Below, in pieces: positions 10,238 through 18,550 of a DNA stretch of 64,000 nt (positions are counted from its first letter, which is position 1; every line of letters starts with the position of its first letter). This DNA comes from Bacteroidota bacterium (GTDB lineage Bacteria > Bacteroidota > Ignavibacteria > Kapaibacteriales > UBA961). The position numbers and the translations under genes are program-made. Under the pieces are notes generated by a model. The model saw nothing but the letters and a program-made list of their open reading frames with translations. It did not search any database and was not told the DNA's origin. The DNA lies in NCBI GenBank assembly GCA_041191145.1, contig JBEEPK010000003.1, positions 9,651 to 73,650 of the forward strand. The letters are read 5' to 3'.

Positions 10238-10888
10238 ATGATATCAGTCAAAAACAAACATATTCCTTTCTTTTCGGTTATTGTGACTTGTCATAATCGC
10301 GCTCATATTCTCGAAAGAGCTCTTAAATCTCTTCTTCTTCAAGACTTACAAGATTGGGAATGCTTGATTGTGAATGACGGATCTACTGATGATACTGATG
10401 CTATCGTACAATCTTGGTTATATTCAGATGATAGATTTCGTTATTTGAAGCATAGTCATCGTGGTCAGGCTTTGACAAAGAATGCCGGAATTATAGCTTC
10501 TTCCGGTCTTTTTATCACATTTCTTGACTCGGATGATGAGTATAAAACCGATCATTTGTCAATAAGAAAAGCCATGCTTGAAGAATATACTCATCTGGAT
10601 TTATTACATGGTGGAGTTTCAATCATAGGAGATCCTTATGTACCGGACATGAATAATCCCGGTCAATTGATCCATTTGAGTGAATGCATAATCGGAGGTA
10701 CATTTGTGTTCTCGGCATCGGCAATTCATGCATTGAATGGTTTTGACAATGTATCATACGGAGATGATACGAAACTCTTTGAGAAAGCTGAACATGCAGG
10801 TTTATCCATAGCTAAAACTGATTATCCAAGTTATGTTTATTATAGAGATATGCCTGATTCATTATGCAATATCAGGAAAGAACTATAA
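10238..10888 (+). CDS. Glycosyltransferase family 2
   Basis: FSVIV..HNR, VNDGSTD, FLDSDD (DxD motif); ATG 10238 preferred over GTG 10181. Confidence 0.88.
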   Translation: MISVKNKHIPFFSVIVTCHNRAHILERALKSLLLQDLQDWECLIVNDGSTDDTDAIVQSWLYSDDRFRYLKHSHRGQALTKNAGIIASSGLFITFLDSDDEYKTDHLSIRKAMLEEYTHLDLLHGGVSIIGDPYVPDMNNPGQLIHLSECIIGGTFVFSASAIHALNGFDNVSYGDDTKLFEKAEHAGLSIAKTDYPSYVYYRDMPDSLCNIRKEL

Positions 10889-11535
10889 TGCGAGAATCAA
10901 AGACAAAGAAGATGGAACGCATGAATGCAATTTTGGCAATATTGCAAAAACAGTATCCTGATGCTGTATGTGCATTACATTATTCCACTCCATTTCAATT
11001 GTTGATAGCAACAATATTATCAGCACAATGCACTGATGCTAGAGTGAATATGGTTACACCTCATCTCTTTACAGAGTATCCTGATGCCCAAACGATGCAA
11101 CATGCAGATATCAGTCATTTAGAAGAAATCATACACTCCACCGGATTCTATAAAGCAAAAGCAAAGAATATACTAGCCTGCTCGAAGATGATCATGAATT
11201 CATACAATGGGGAATTACCACTTGATATTGATGCTTTGATACTACTCCCAGGAGTGGGAAGGAAAACAGCAAATGTTTTATTGGGGAATGCATTTGGCAT
11301 AAATGCAGGTATTACCGTGGATACACATGTAACTCGAATAATGAATGCTTTGAAATTTGTGAAAACAACAGATGCGGTCAAGATTGAGCAGGAACTAATC
11401 CCACTGATTCCTCAAAATGATTGGACAGTATTTACCCATCGTATCATAGAACATGGAAGAGCAGTGTGCATCGCAAGAAGACCCAAATGCAATAATTGTG
11501 TGATATCGGAATATTGTCCATCCGCTTCAATGTGA
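10888..11535 (+). CDS. nth: Endonuclease III
   Basis: LLIATILSAQCTD, HhH LPGVGRKTANV, VDTHV, 4Fe-4S motif C..RRPKC..C.....C; TAATG overlap with the upstream gene. Confidence 0.96.
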   Translation: MRESKTKKMERMNAILAILQKQYPDAVCALHYSTPFQLLIATILSAQCTDARVNMVTPHLFTEYPDAQTMQHADISHLEEIIHSTGFYKAKAKNILACSKMIMNSYNGELPLDIDALILLPGVGRKTANVLLGNAFGINAGITVDTHVTRIMNALKFVKTTDAVKIEQELIPLIPQNDWTVFTHRIIEHGRAVCIARRPKCNNCVISEYCPSASM

Positions 11536-13443
11536 TTGAAGTGATTCCCACTCTATCAATAAGTTGTCCACTTTCTGTTGAATATCATTTCTAGACTGAG
11601 TATGTGATATCATTTTTTCTGTATTTGAATATATTTCTTCAAGGGATAATTGCTGATCAATTGATGATAACTCTTTTTCTAATTGAGCTATTAATTGTTC
11701 TATTTCTTCAATTCTTCTAATCTTTTTTTTCTCTTCTTTTTCTCGACTTTTCTTTTCTTCTCTACTTAATTGAGTATTGGTATTTACTTTCTCATTAATA
11801 CTATGATCAACTTTTGATCGTACTTCATCCAGTGAATGTATTGCATATTTCTCCAAATACTCTTCCAATGTCAATGGATGATGTTTTACTGATCCTTGAG
11901 AAAAGTGAAATATATTATCAATGAGTCCGGAGAGAAAATCACGATCATGAGAAACAATGATCAAAGCTCCATTATAATCTAGCAGAGCTGATTTTAAGAT
12001 GTCTTTGGCGGACATATCCAAGTGATTGGTTGGCTCGTCAAGAATCAATACATGAGATTCAGTCAAAAGTAACATGGCAAGTGCAAGTCGAGCTCTTTCG
12101 CCACCTGACAAAACACGAACTTTTTTTTCAACAGAATCACCGCTAAAAAGAAATGCCCCAAGAATAGCTCTGATTTTTGTCCGGATATCTCCGACTGCTA
12201 CTTGTTCGAGTGTTTCAAAAACGGTTTTTGTGGGATCAAGTGAATCTGCATGTTGTTGTGCGAAATATCCGATTTTTAGTCCTTCCCCGGTATTGAGTAG
12301 GCCATTATAGGATTCAATTCCGGCTAAAATTCGTGAAAGAGTACTTTTTCCTTCACCGTTTTTGCCGACGAAAGCACAACGCATTTCTCTTTCTATATCA
12401 AATGAAATACGGTTTAAAATGATTTTATCATCATACTTCTTTGATAAATCATCGGAATGAAACAGAACTCTTGGTGCTCTTGGTGCAGGTGGAAAGGAAA
12501 AGGCAATTGTTTTATCAGTAGAATCATCATAAGTAATTCTTTCTTTGGCTTCCAATTGTTTCACTCTTGACTGAACTCTAGATGCAAGGTTTGCTTTTGA
12601 ACGGAATCTATCAATGAATTCTTGTGTTTTTGCTATCTCTTTCTGTTGTGCCATATAGGCTTTTTTACGATGTTCCTCTCTTTCGAGTCTTTCTATCACA
12701 TATTTTGAATAGGAGCATGGGTAATCTTCAATTCCAGCATTCCTGATTTCAATTGTTCTTTTCGTGATCGTATCCAAAAATACTCTGTCATGAGAAACCA
12801 ATATAACGGCGCCATCATATTGTGCAAGATATGTTTCCAGCCAACGAATGGAGTCAATGTCAAGATGATTGGTCGGTTCATCCAAGAGTAATGTATGTGG
12901 CTTACGGAGTAGTAACTTAGCTAGCTCAAGTCGCATTTGCCAGCCACCGGATAACTCTTTTGCCTGCTTATGCATTGATTCATGAGTGAAACCTAAACCC
13001 AGAAGAATTTTTTCAATACTTGCTTCGATTGTATTTCCACCCAATATCTCGAGTTGGGCATATAAATCGGACATTCTTTCGCATAATTCACTATACTCGG
13101 GATTATCATAATCAGTGTATTCTGTAATTGTGACTTGTAAAGATTCAAGTTCATCTTCAATATGTAATACTGCATCAAATGCTGATCTACACTCTTCTTT
13201 CACTGTTCCTGTATAATCTGCGTGTAATTGTTGTTTTAAAAAACCGATTGTATGCTGTTTCGAAGTCGTTATAACTCCGGATTCAGGTTTAATATCTCCA
13301 TACAATACATTGAGTAATGTGGATTTTCCGGCTCCATTTTTACCAACTAGACCGATTTTGTCTTGGTCACCAACTGTAAATGTAATTCCATCAAAAAGTG
13401 GAATTCCATTAAATTGCATGGTGCATTGAGAAACTGCTATCAT
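11527..13443 (-). CDS. ABC-F family ATP-binding protein
   Basis: Two ABC cassettes (GKNGAGKST, LSGGWQMR, LLLDEPTNHLD; GKNGEGKST, LSGGERAR, LILDEPTNHLD), no TM segments, coiled-coil tail. Confidence 0.93.
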   Translation of the reverse strand: MIAVSQCTMQFNGIPLFDGITFTVGDQDKIGLVGKNGAGKSTLLNVLYGDIKPESGVITTSKQHTIGFLKQQLHADYTGTVKEECRSAFDAVLHIEDELESLQVTITEYTDYDNPEYSELCERMSDLYAQLEILGGNTIEASIEKILLGLGFTHESMHKQAKELSGGWQMRLELAKLLLRKPHTLLLDEPTNHLDIDSIRWLETYLAQYDGAVILVSHDRVFLDTITKRTIEIRNAGIEDYPCSYSKYVIERLEREEHRKKAYMAQQKEIAKTQEFIDRFRSKANLASRVQSRVKQLEAKERITYDDSTDKTIAFSFPPAPRAPRVLFHSDDLSKKYDDKIILNRISFDIEREMRCAFVGKNGEGKSTLSRILAGIESYNGLLNTGEGLKIGYFAQQHADSLDPTKTVFETLEQVAVGDIRTKIRAILGAFLFSGDSVEKKVRVLSGGERARLALAMLLLTESHVLILDEPTNHLDMSAKDILKSALLDYNGALIIVSHDRDFLSGLIDNIFHFSQGSVKHHPLTLEEYLEKYAIHSLDEVRSKVDHSINEKVNTNTQLSREEKKSREKEEKKKIRRIEEIEQLIAQLEKELSSIDQQLSLEEIYSNTEKMISHTQSRNDIQQKVDNLLIEWESLQSH

Positions 13444-13465
13444 TTAGATTAACCGTGTGAAATTT

Positions 13466-14326
13466 ATGGCTCTATATCATTATTACATCAATAGTCAAGG
13501 CATCATCTCTCATGAAGGAATCATTATTGATGATACAACACTTATTGAATTGATTTACAAAAATATGGACTATAATCGTACGGGGAGTTTTCCAGAAGCA
13601 AGTTTTTATGCTCGTATCGGAAATGAAGAAATCTATCTTCACAAGGAAGATACTCCGATTGTTTGGAAATATATTGACGGCGATCGCATATGTATGACAA
13701 ATAAGATATCATTTCCATTTTCTATCAGAGATCTGAGATATTCCAAAGATGGTAATCTGTATCATCGTTCTTCTATGGGTGAATGGGGAAGAATATCAGC
13801 AAGATTATTAGTTGAGTTACGAGATAATATTCAGCCATGGGGACCACATTACATATATTTAGATGATTTCCATTCCAGAGTTATTGAACCACTTGAAAAA
13901 AATGATACGGTTTTTTTACATCCAAGATCAGACAATCAATGTTTTGGGTGTGGTGAGCTGAATAATCAAGGTTTGCACATGACTTTTGTTTATGATCCTA
14001 TTACTCAATCAGTTGAATCTTGGTTTACACCTCCCAAATCCCTCATGGGTTCTCTCAATATTATGCATGGTGGCATGGTAAGTCTTTTATTGGATGAAAC
14101 AATGGGAAAAGTACTTTCTGGTATGAATGTCAAAGCACCCACAGGTCAATTAAATGTGAGATTCAAAAAACCAACATTTATCGAACAGGAGTTGTATCTG
14201 AAGGGACGCTTATTATCCGAACAGGGAAGAAAATTTACATTAATGGCTGAATTGATTGATAGAGAGGGGAATATCACAGCACAAGGAGAAGGACTATTTA
14301 TCAAAAGGAAAGAGAATCATTCATAA
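13466..14326 (+). CDS. Fusion of a DUF4505/C8orf82 (DUF1285-like) domain and a PaaI-type hotdog thioesterase
   Basis: C-terminal half has CFGCG..N..GL and HGGMVSLLLDETMG...TGQLNVRFKKP (hotdog fold). N-terminal half has YHYYINSQG...NRTG.F...IG.E...L..EDTPIV...LRYSKDGNLYH...G.I...L..EL, resembling my recollection of human C8orf82. Confidence 0.7.
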   Translation: MALYHYYINSQGIISHEGIIIDDTTLIELIYKNMDYNRTGSFPEASFYARIGNEEIYLHKEDTPIVWKYIDGDRICMTNKISFPFSIRDLRYSKDGNLYHRSSMGEWGRISARLLVELRDNIQPWGPHYIYLDDFHSRVIEPLEKNDTVFLHPRSDNQCFGCGELNNQGLHMTFVYDPITQSVESWFTPPKSLMGSLNIMHGGMVSLLLDETMGKVLSGMNVKAPTGQLNVRFKKPTFIEQELYLKGRLLSEQGRKFTLMAELIDREGNITAQGEGLFIKRKENHS

Positions 14327-15209
14327 TTGATTGGACAATTCCATAGCGAAGTCCTTTTTTACTCACTATACAAGATTTGGCTTGAACATTTTCAAGAATA
14401 AGTGACAAAATGAGCGCGCCTGCCGGTAAAATGTCTGCTCTTTGCGGATGAACGCCGGGAATAGAAAGTATTGACTCTAAATCTGAATGCAGTAATTCAT
14501 TACTCATTTGGGAAATTCTCTCAACTGACAATACATGGCCATGAATAAGATGAGAAGAAAGATCATGAATCTCAAGGTCTATTGCTGCCAATGTTGTTGG
14601 AGTTCCTGCAGTTGCAATAATTGTTGAATTGACCGGAATGAAAATGTCATTCAACAAATTCTTGACATATAGTATGGCTTGTTCAAGTTCATTATCTGAA
14701 ATGGGTAATTGCTTCATGAATGCATCAGTAAGGCGTACGGCACCTATGTCAATACTAATGCAATGTTCATTATTGTCAATCATTTGAATAATCTCAGTGC
14801 TCCCTCCGCCAATATCGATTATTACCGGTTTATCGTGATCTTCTCGGCTTCCAAGAAAAGTAAGGGAAGCTTCTTCTATTCCTGAAATTATTTCAATTGG
14901 ATACCCCAAAGTTTGTTCGAGTATTGTTTGTACATCAACTTTGTTTTGAGCATCTCGCATAGCACTTGTTGCAATTGCTCTCACGGAAATATTGGTGTAT
15001 TGCGATATAAGTATCGCATATTCTTCAAGAATGGTGATTGCTCTTTGAATTGCTTTGTCTGAAATGTTTCCGCTTTTGTTTATTCCTTCTCCAAGTCTTG
15101 CTATTCTATGTTCATCTTTGATGATGCTGATATTGCCATCTTGATCTTTTGAAAGAATAAGGAGTAAAAGCGTATTGGTTCCGATATCGATTCCGGCATA
15201 ATATTTCAT
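14301..15209 (-). CDS. ppx: Ppx/GppA exopolyphosphatase (short form)
   Basis: DIGTNT, ATSAMRDA.N, EEA...F.G, DIGGGSTE, GLRYG. Confidence 0.9.
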   Translation of the reverse strand: MKYYAGIDIGTNTLLLLILSKDQDGNISIIKDEHRIARLGEGINKSGNISDKAIQRAITILEEYAILISQYTNISVRAIATSAMRDAQNKVDVQTILEQTLGYPIEIISGIEEASLTFLGSREDHDKPVIIDIGGGSTEIIQMIDNNEHCISIDIGAVRLTDAFMKQLPISDNELEQAILYVKNLLNDIFIPVNSTIIATAGTPTTLAAIDLEIHDLSSHLIHGHVLSVERISQMSNELLHSDLESILSIPGVHPQRADILPAGALILSLILENVQAKSCIVSKKGLRYGIVQSIMNDSLSF

Positions 15210-16051
15210 TATACAGCTCTAAAAGTAATTGCTACCCAATCTTGTTCTTTGAGCGTTTTAAGATGCTCGAATCCATGTTTGAGAGCAGATTGCACTATTT
15301 CATCCGCATCAATTGCAAGAATGCCTGAAACAATCATAATTCCTTTGCTTTCATTTAATGCTGCGTGGAATTTAGTCATATTAGGGAGTATGATATTCCG
15401 ATACATATTCGCCGCGATACCATCAACAGGGGATAGATCCAATGTAAAAATATCTGCTTGTTCAACATGCATATTATCAATTGAATTTAGAACAGCATTA
15501 TCTTTCGCATTTTCAACACTCCATTCATCATTGTCGAATGCAAAAATGTCTTTTGCTCCCAATTTTGAAGCAAGTATGCCGAGAACACCTGAACCACAAC
15601 CTGCATCCATCCATGAAGAATTTGGTTGAACCCATTCTTGCAATTCTTTGCAAACCATTCGGGTAGTGGGATGATATCCTGTTCCGAAAGCCATTTGAGG
15701 ATTAATAATGATGGTTAATGGATGATGAACTTCATCTATTTTCCATTCAGGGGTAATAGCAATGGTGTCATTCACAATGATCGGCTCAAGTGAATTTTCC
15801 CATTCTTTATTCCAATTTTGATCTTGAATGATTTCTTTCTTAAGTATTGTACATTCAATATCATGGTTCTTTGCTGTTTCCAAGATAAATCTATCGAAAT
15901 CATCATGATAATCAGAGGTATTGAATATGATCGTCATCATATCCTGTGATTGTTCTATGCCGGAAAAATCCATATTGGAAAGAAGTCCGATGAGAATGTC
16001 TTGGTATTCTTCAGGAACAAAAAAATGAATGGCAATAAATTCTGATTTCAT
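15209..16051 (-). CDS. prmA: Ribosomal protein L11 methyltransferase
   Basis: W...W, I.PQMAFGTG.HPTT, D.GCGSGVL, DND..SV.NA..N. Confidence 0.93.
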   Translation of the reverse strand: MKSEFIAIHFFVPEEYQDILIGLLSNMDFSGIEQSQDMMTIIFNTSDYHDDFDRFILETAKNHDIECTILKKEIIQDQNWNKEWENSLEPIIVNDTIAITPEWKIDEVHHPLTIIINPQMAFGTGYHPTTRMVCKELQEWVQPNSSWMDAGCGSGVLGILASKLGAKDIFAFDNDEWSVENAKDNAVLNSIDNMHVEQADIFTLDLSPVDGIAANMYRNIILPNMTKFHAALNESKGIMIVSGILAIDADEIVQSALKHGFEHLKTLKEQDWVAITFRAV

Positions 16052-16052
16052 A

Positions 16053-17045
16053 TCAAAAAATGTCTTGAGAACTCGTGAAGAGAAAGTCTAAAAGCACATT
16101 GCCTATATCGGCAAGAGTTTGAGAAGATATATTATCAATTGTATCTTGAGAAGTGTGCCAATATTGTCGACGCGGATTGGGATCAATATTTCCCACAAGA
16201 TTCACATCAATAATATTGATAGTCTTGATTCCATGTTGATTCAAAATCACATGATCATCACTTACAGAATTACCTATCTCATGAATGAAATACGGGGAGC
16301 CTCTTTTCTTTGCGATATTCCATATTCCATCAACGAGAACTGTATGTGCCTGTCTGGAAATTGGTTCATATCGAAATTCAGCTTGTTTGTCTCCGACCAA
16401 ATCCAGTAAAATTCCATATCGAGGTTTTGGAAGAGGATAATGTACTGCCAAATATCGTGAGCCTTGGAAAAAGCCATCCAAATCTCCTGAGATTCCTAGG
16501 TCTTCGCCATCAAATAGAATGAGATCAATACCAACATCAGCCTTTTGTTTAGATAAAATATTTGCAATTTCCATGAGAACGGCAACCCCACTTGCACCAT
16601 CATTTGCCCCTAATATCGGATTTGTCCTCTGTAATTGATTTTTATCTTCATCAGCGAATGGACGAGTATCCCAATGAGCACAAAGCAGAATACGATCACT
16701 CTTTTCAGGTGAGAAAGAAGCTATGATATTGGCCATGTCATATGTTTTTCCATAGACTGTGCTTGAAAATCGCTGTAAAAAAGCTGTATCTGCCGTATTT
16801 GAGAAATAATTGAGTAAATATTTCATGGTTTCGGCATGACCTTTTGAACCGGGATTTCTTGGTCCAAAGGATAATTGAGATTCAATATGCTTGAAAACAG
16901 AATCGGGAGAAATCAAGATTCCTTCATATTGCTTGGCTGATTCATTTGAAACACTTTCTTGTTCTAGGGTCTCTTTCGTGCAACCATTACTAAGGAAAAA
17001 TGTTATGATCAAGATCAAGATTGTGTAAGCTGTGGTATTCTTCAT
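16053..17045 (-). CDS. M28-family zinc lipoprotein, probable glutaminyl cyclase
   Basis: Lipobox LSNGC; CAHWDTRP, GANDGASGVA, FDGED.G, LLDLVG, DDH, WHT..DT. Confidence 0.8.
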   Translation of the reverse strand: MKNTTAYTILILIITFFLSNGCTKETLEQESVSNESAKQYEGILISPDSVFKHIESQLSFGPRNPGSKGHAETMKYLLNYFSNTADTAFLQRFSSTVYGKTYDMANIIASFSPEKSDRILLCAHWDTRPFADEDKNQLQRTNPILGANDGASGVAVLMEIANILSKQKADVGIDLILFDGEDLGISGDLDGFFQGSRYLAVHYPLPKPRYGILLDLVGDKQAEFRYEPISRQAHTVLVDGIWNIAKKRGSPYFIHEIGNSVSDDHVILNQHGIKTINIIDVNLVGNIDPNPRRQYWHTSQDTIDNISSQTLADIGNVLLDFLFTSSQDIF

Positions 17046-17102
17046 TGTTATTGTGTAATTTTAGCCATAATTCTAAGCAATTTATTGAATTTCTCTCGGC
17101 TT

Positions 17103-17621
17103 ATGACTTCTATCATGGAAAATCTACGCCAAATTGAGTTAATTGTATTTGATGTTGATGGTACAATGACTGATGGCGGCATGTATTACACCGAACAGGG
17201 TATCTCATTCAAACGATTTGATGTTAGAGATGGCATGGGAATTGTACTTCTTCACAAAGCAGGTTTAAAAACTGCAATCATCACAAGCGAAGAAACAAAA
17301 ATTGTGCAAGAGAGAGCAAGTACACTGAAAATTGATACTGTTATTCAAGGATCTCGCAACAAAATGGCTTCACTTTCGTTACTGTGCGAGCGATATTCAT
17401 TGAGTTTGGATCATATTGCATATATCGGTGATGATGTGAATGATCTTGCATGTTTGCAATCTGTTGGATTTTCCATGTCCCCATCAGATGCACATGACAT
17501 TATAAAAGAAAATGTCCATTACATCAGTGCATATCCGGGTGGACATGGAGCTGTGAGAGAATGTTGTGACATGATATTGAAAGCCAAAGGCATGTCAATT
17601 ATCTTACCTGAACAATGGTAA
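17103..17621 (+). CDS. kdsC: KdsC-family HAD phosphatase (KDO 8-phosphate phosphatase)
   Basis: FDVDGTMTDG, FDVRDG.G, GDDVND, GG.GAVRE. Confidence 0.88.
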   Translation: MTSIMENLRQIELIVFDVDGTMTDGGMYYTEQGISFKRFDVRDGMGIVLLHKAGLKTAIITSEETKIVQERASTLKIDTVIQGSRNKMASLSLLCERYSLSLDHIAYIGDDVNDLACLQSVGFSMSPSDAHDIIKENVHYISAYPGGHGAVRECCDMILKAKGMSIILPEQW

Positions 17622-17639
17622 TTAATACGGAGAGAAGAT

Positions 17640-18077
17640 ATGAAAGAAGACAGTGAAGTAGTCAATTCCTATGCAAAAGGATTTCTCCTTGGTGCATTGG
17701 TAGGTGGTGCAGTAGGTGCTATCACGGCTTTATTATTTGCGCCAAAGCCCGGAAGGGAATTGCGTGATGAATTATCGTACAGATCAAAGGATTTACTCGA
17801 AAAAGGACAGAATCTCTTTGGTGGACAAGAACATGAATCTTCTCATATTCCCAATGATGGGAGAATGCAAGCAGATGCCGTTGTCCGCAATGCACGTGAA
17901 AAGGCTGATGATTTATTGCAGAATGCTGAACAAATGCTCCGCGATGCAAAAAGCAAAGCTCAAAATGCATCAGGAAGTGTTACAGATGGACTTCATAAGT
18001 TCAAAGATGCTGCAGCTGCCGGAGTAGAAGCATTCAAACAAGAAATAAGCAATGTACAATCACGCTCAAATGGTTAA
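17640..18077 (+). CDS. YtxH-domain protein
   Basis: [28 protein letters not shown] followed by a helical coiled region. Confidence 0.88.
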   Translation: MKEDSEVVNSYAKGFLLGALVGGAVGAITALLFAPKPGRELRDELSYRSKDLLEKGQNLFGGQEHESSHIPNDGRMQADAVVRNAREKADDLLQNAEQMLRDAKSKAQNASGSVTDGLHKFKDAAAAGVEAFKQEISNVQSRSNG

Positions 18078-18079
18078 TA

Positions 18080-18487
18080 ATGGAACAAATTACAAATATC
18101 CTGATTGTCTTTGCTTTATTGAGTTTAACCATACTCGCAATTGTTTGTGTGATGTTTATCCTCAAAGCTCAAAAAGCAGTACAGGATATCATGAGAATAT
18201 TTTCTAATCTCTCACAAACAGTACAAAGAATTGAGGAAGATTCAAAACCGGTATTTACTCAATTGGAAACAACATTACAGGATACATCCACAACGATGAA
18301 ATCTCTGCAAAAGCAAATGACGACTGTCGAGGGAACATTGGATTCCATCAAACAAATTGCTGATAGAGTGAATGATTTGGAAGCCAAATTGCAAGCAAAG
18401 ATTGAAAAACCTGTAATGCAAGCGGCCGGGTTCGTATCCGGTATAACCAATGCTATAGAGACATTCATTTCTGAAATCAAAAAATAA
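18080..18487 (+). CDS. DUF948/YtxG-like membrane-anchored coiled-coil protein
   Basis: N-terminal TM helix followed by heptad-rich helix; adjacent to ytxH-like gene. Confidence 0.65.
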   Translation: MEQITNILIVFALLSLTILAIVCVMFILKAQKAVQDIMRIFSNLSQTVQRIEEDSKPVFTQLETTLQDTSTTMKSLQKQMTTVEGTLDSIKQIADRVNDLEAKLQAKIEKPVMQAAGFVSGITNAIETFISEIKK

Positions 18488-18502
18488 ATTAAACAAGATA
18501 TC

Positions 18503-18538
18503 ACATCACCCCCTCCATGAGCAATGGTGGGGGTATGT
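18503..18538. other. GC-rich intergenic hairpin without a U tract
   Basis: ACATcACCCCCtCCAT-GAGCA-ATGGtGGGGGTATGT imperfect inverted repeat just upstream of mfd. Confidence 0.6.
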
Positions 18539-18550
18539 CTATTGTATAGC

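Noticed and set aside
15249-15629. 126-aa antisense ORF within prmA
   Set aside because: Antisense to a well-conserved gene; no motifs or initiation context
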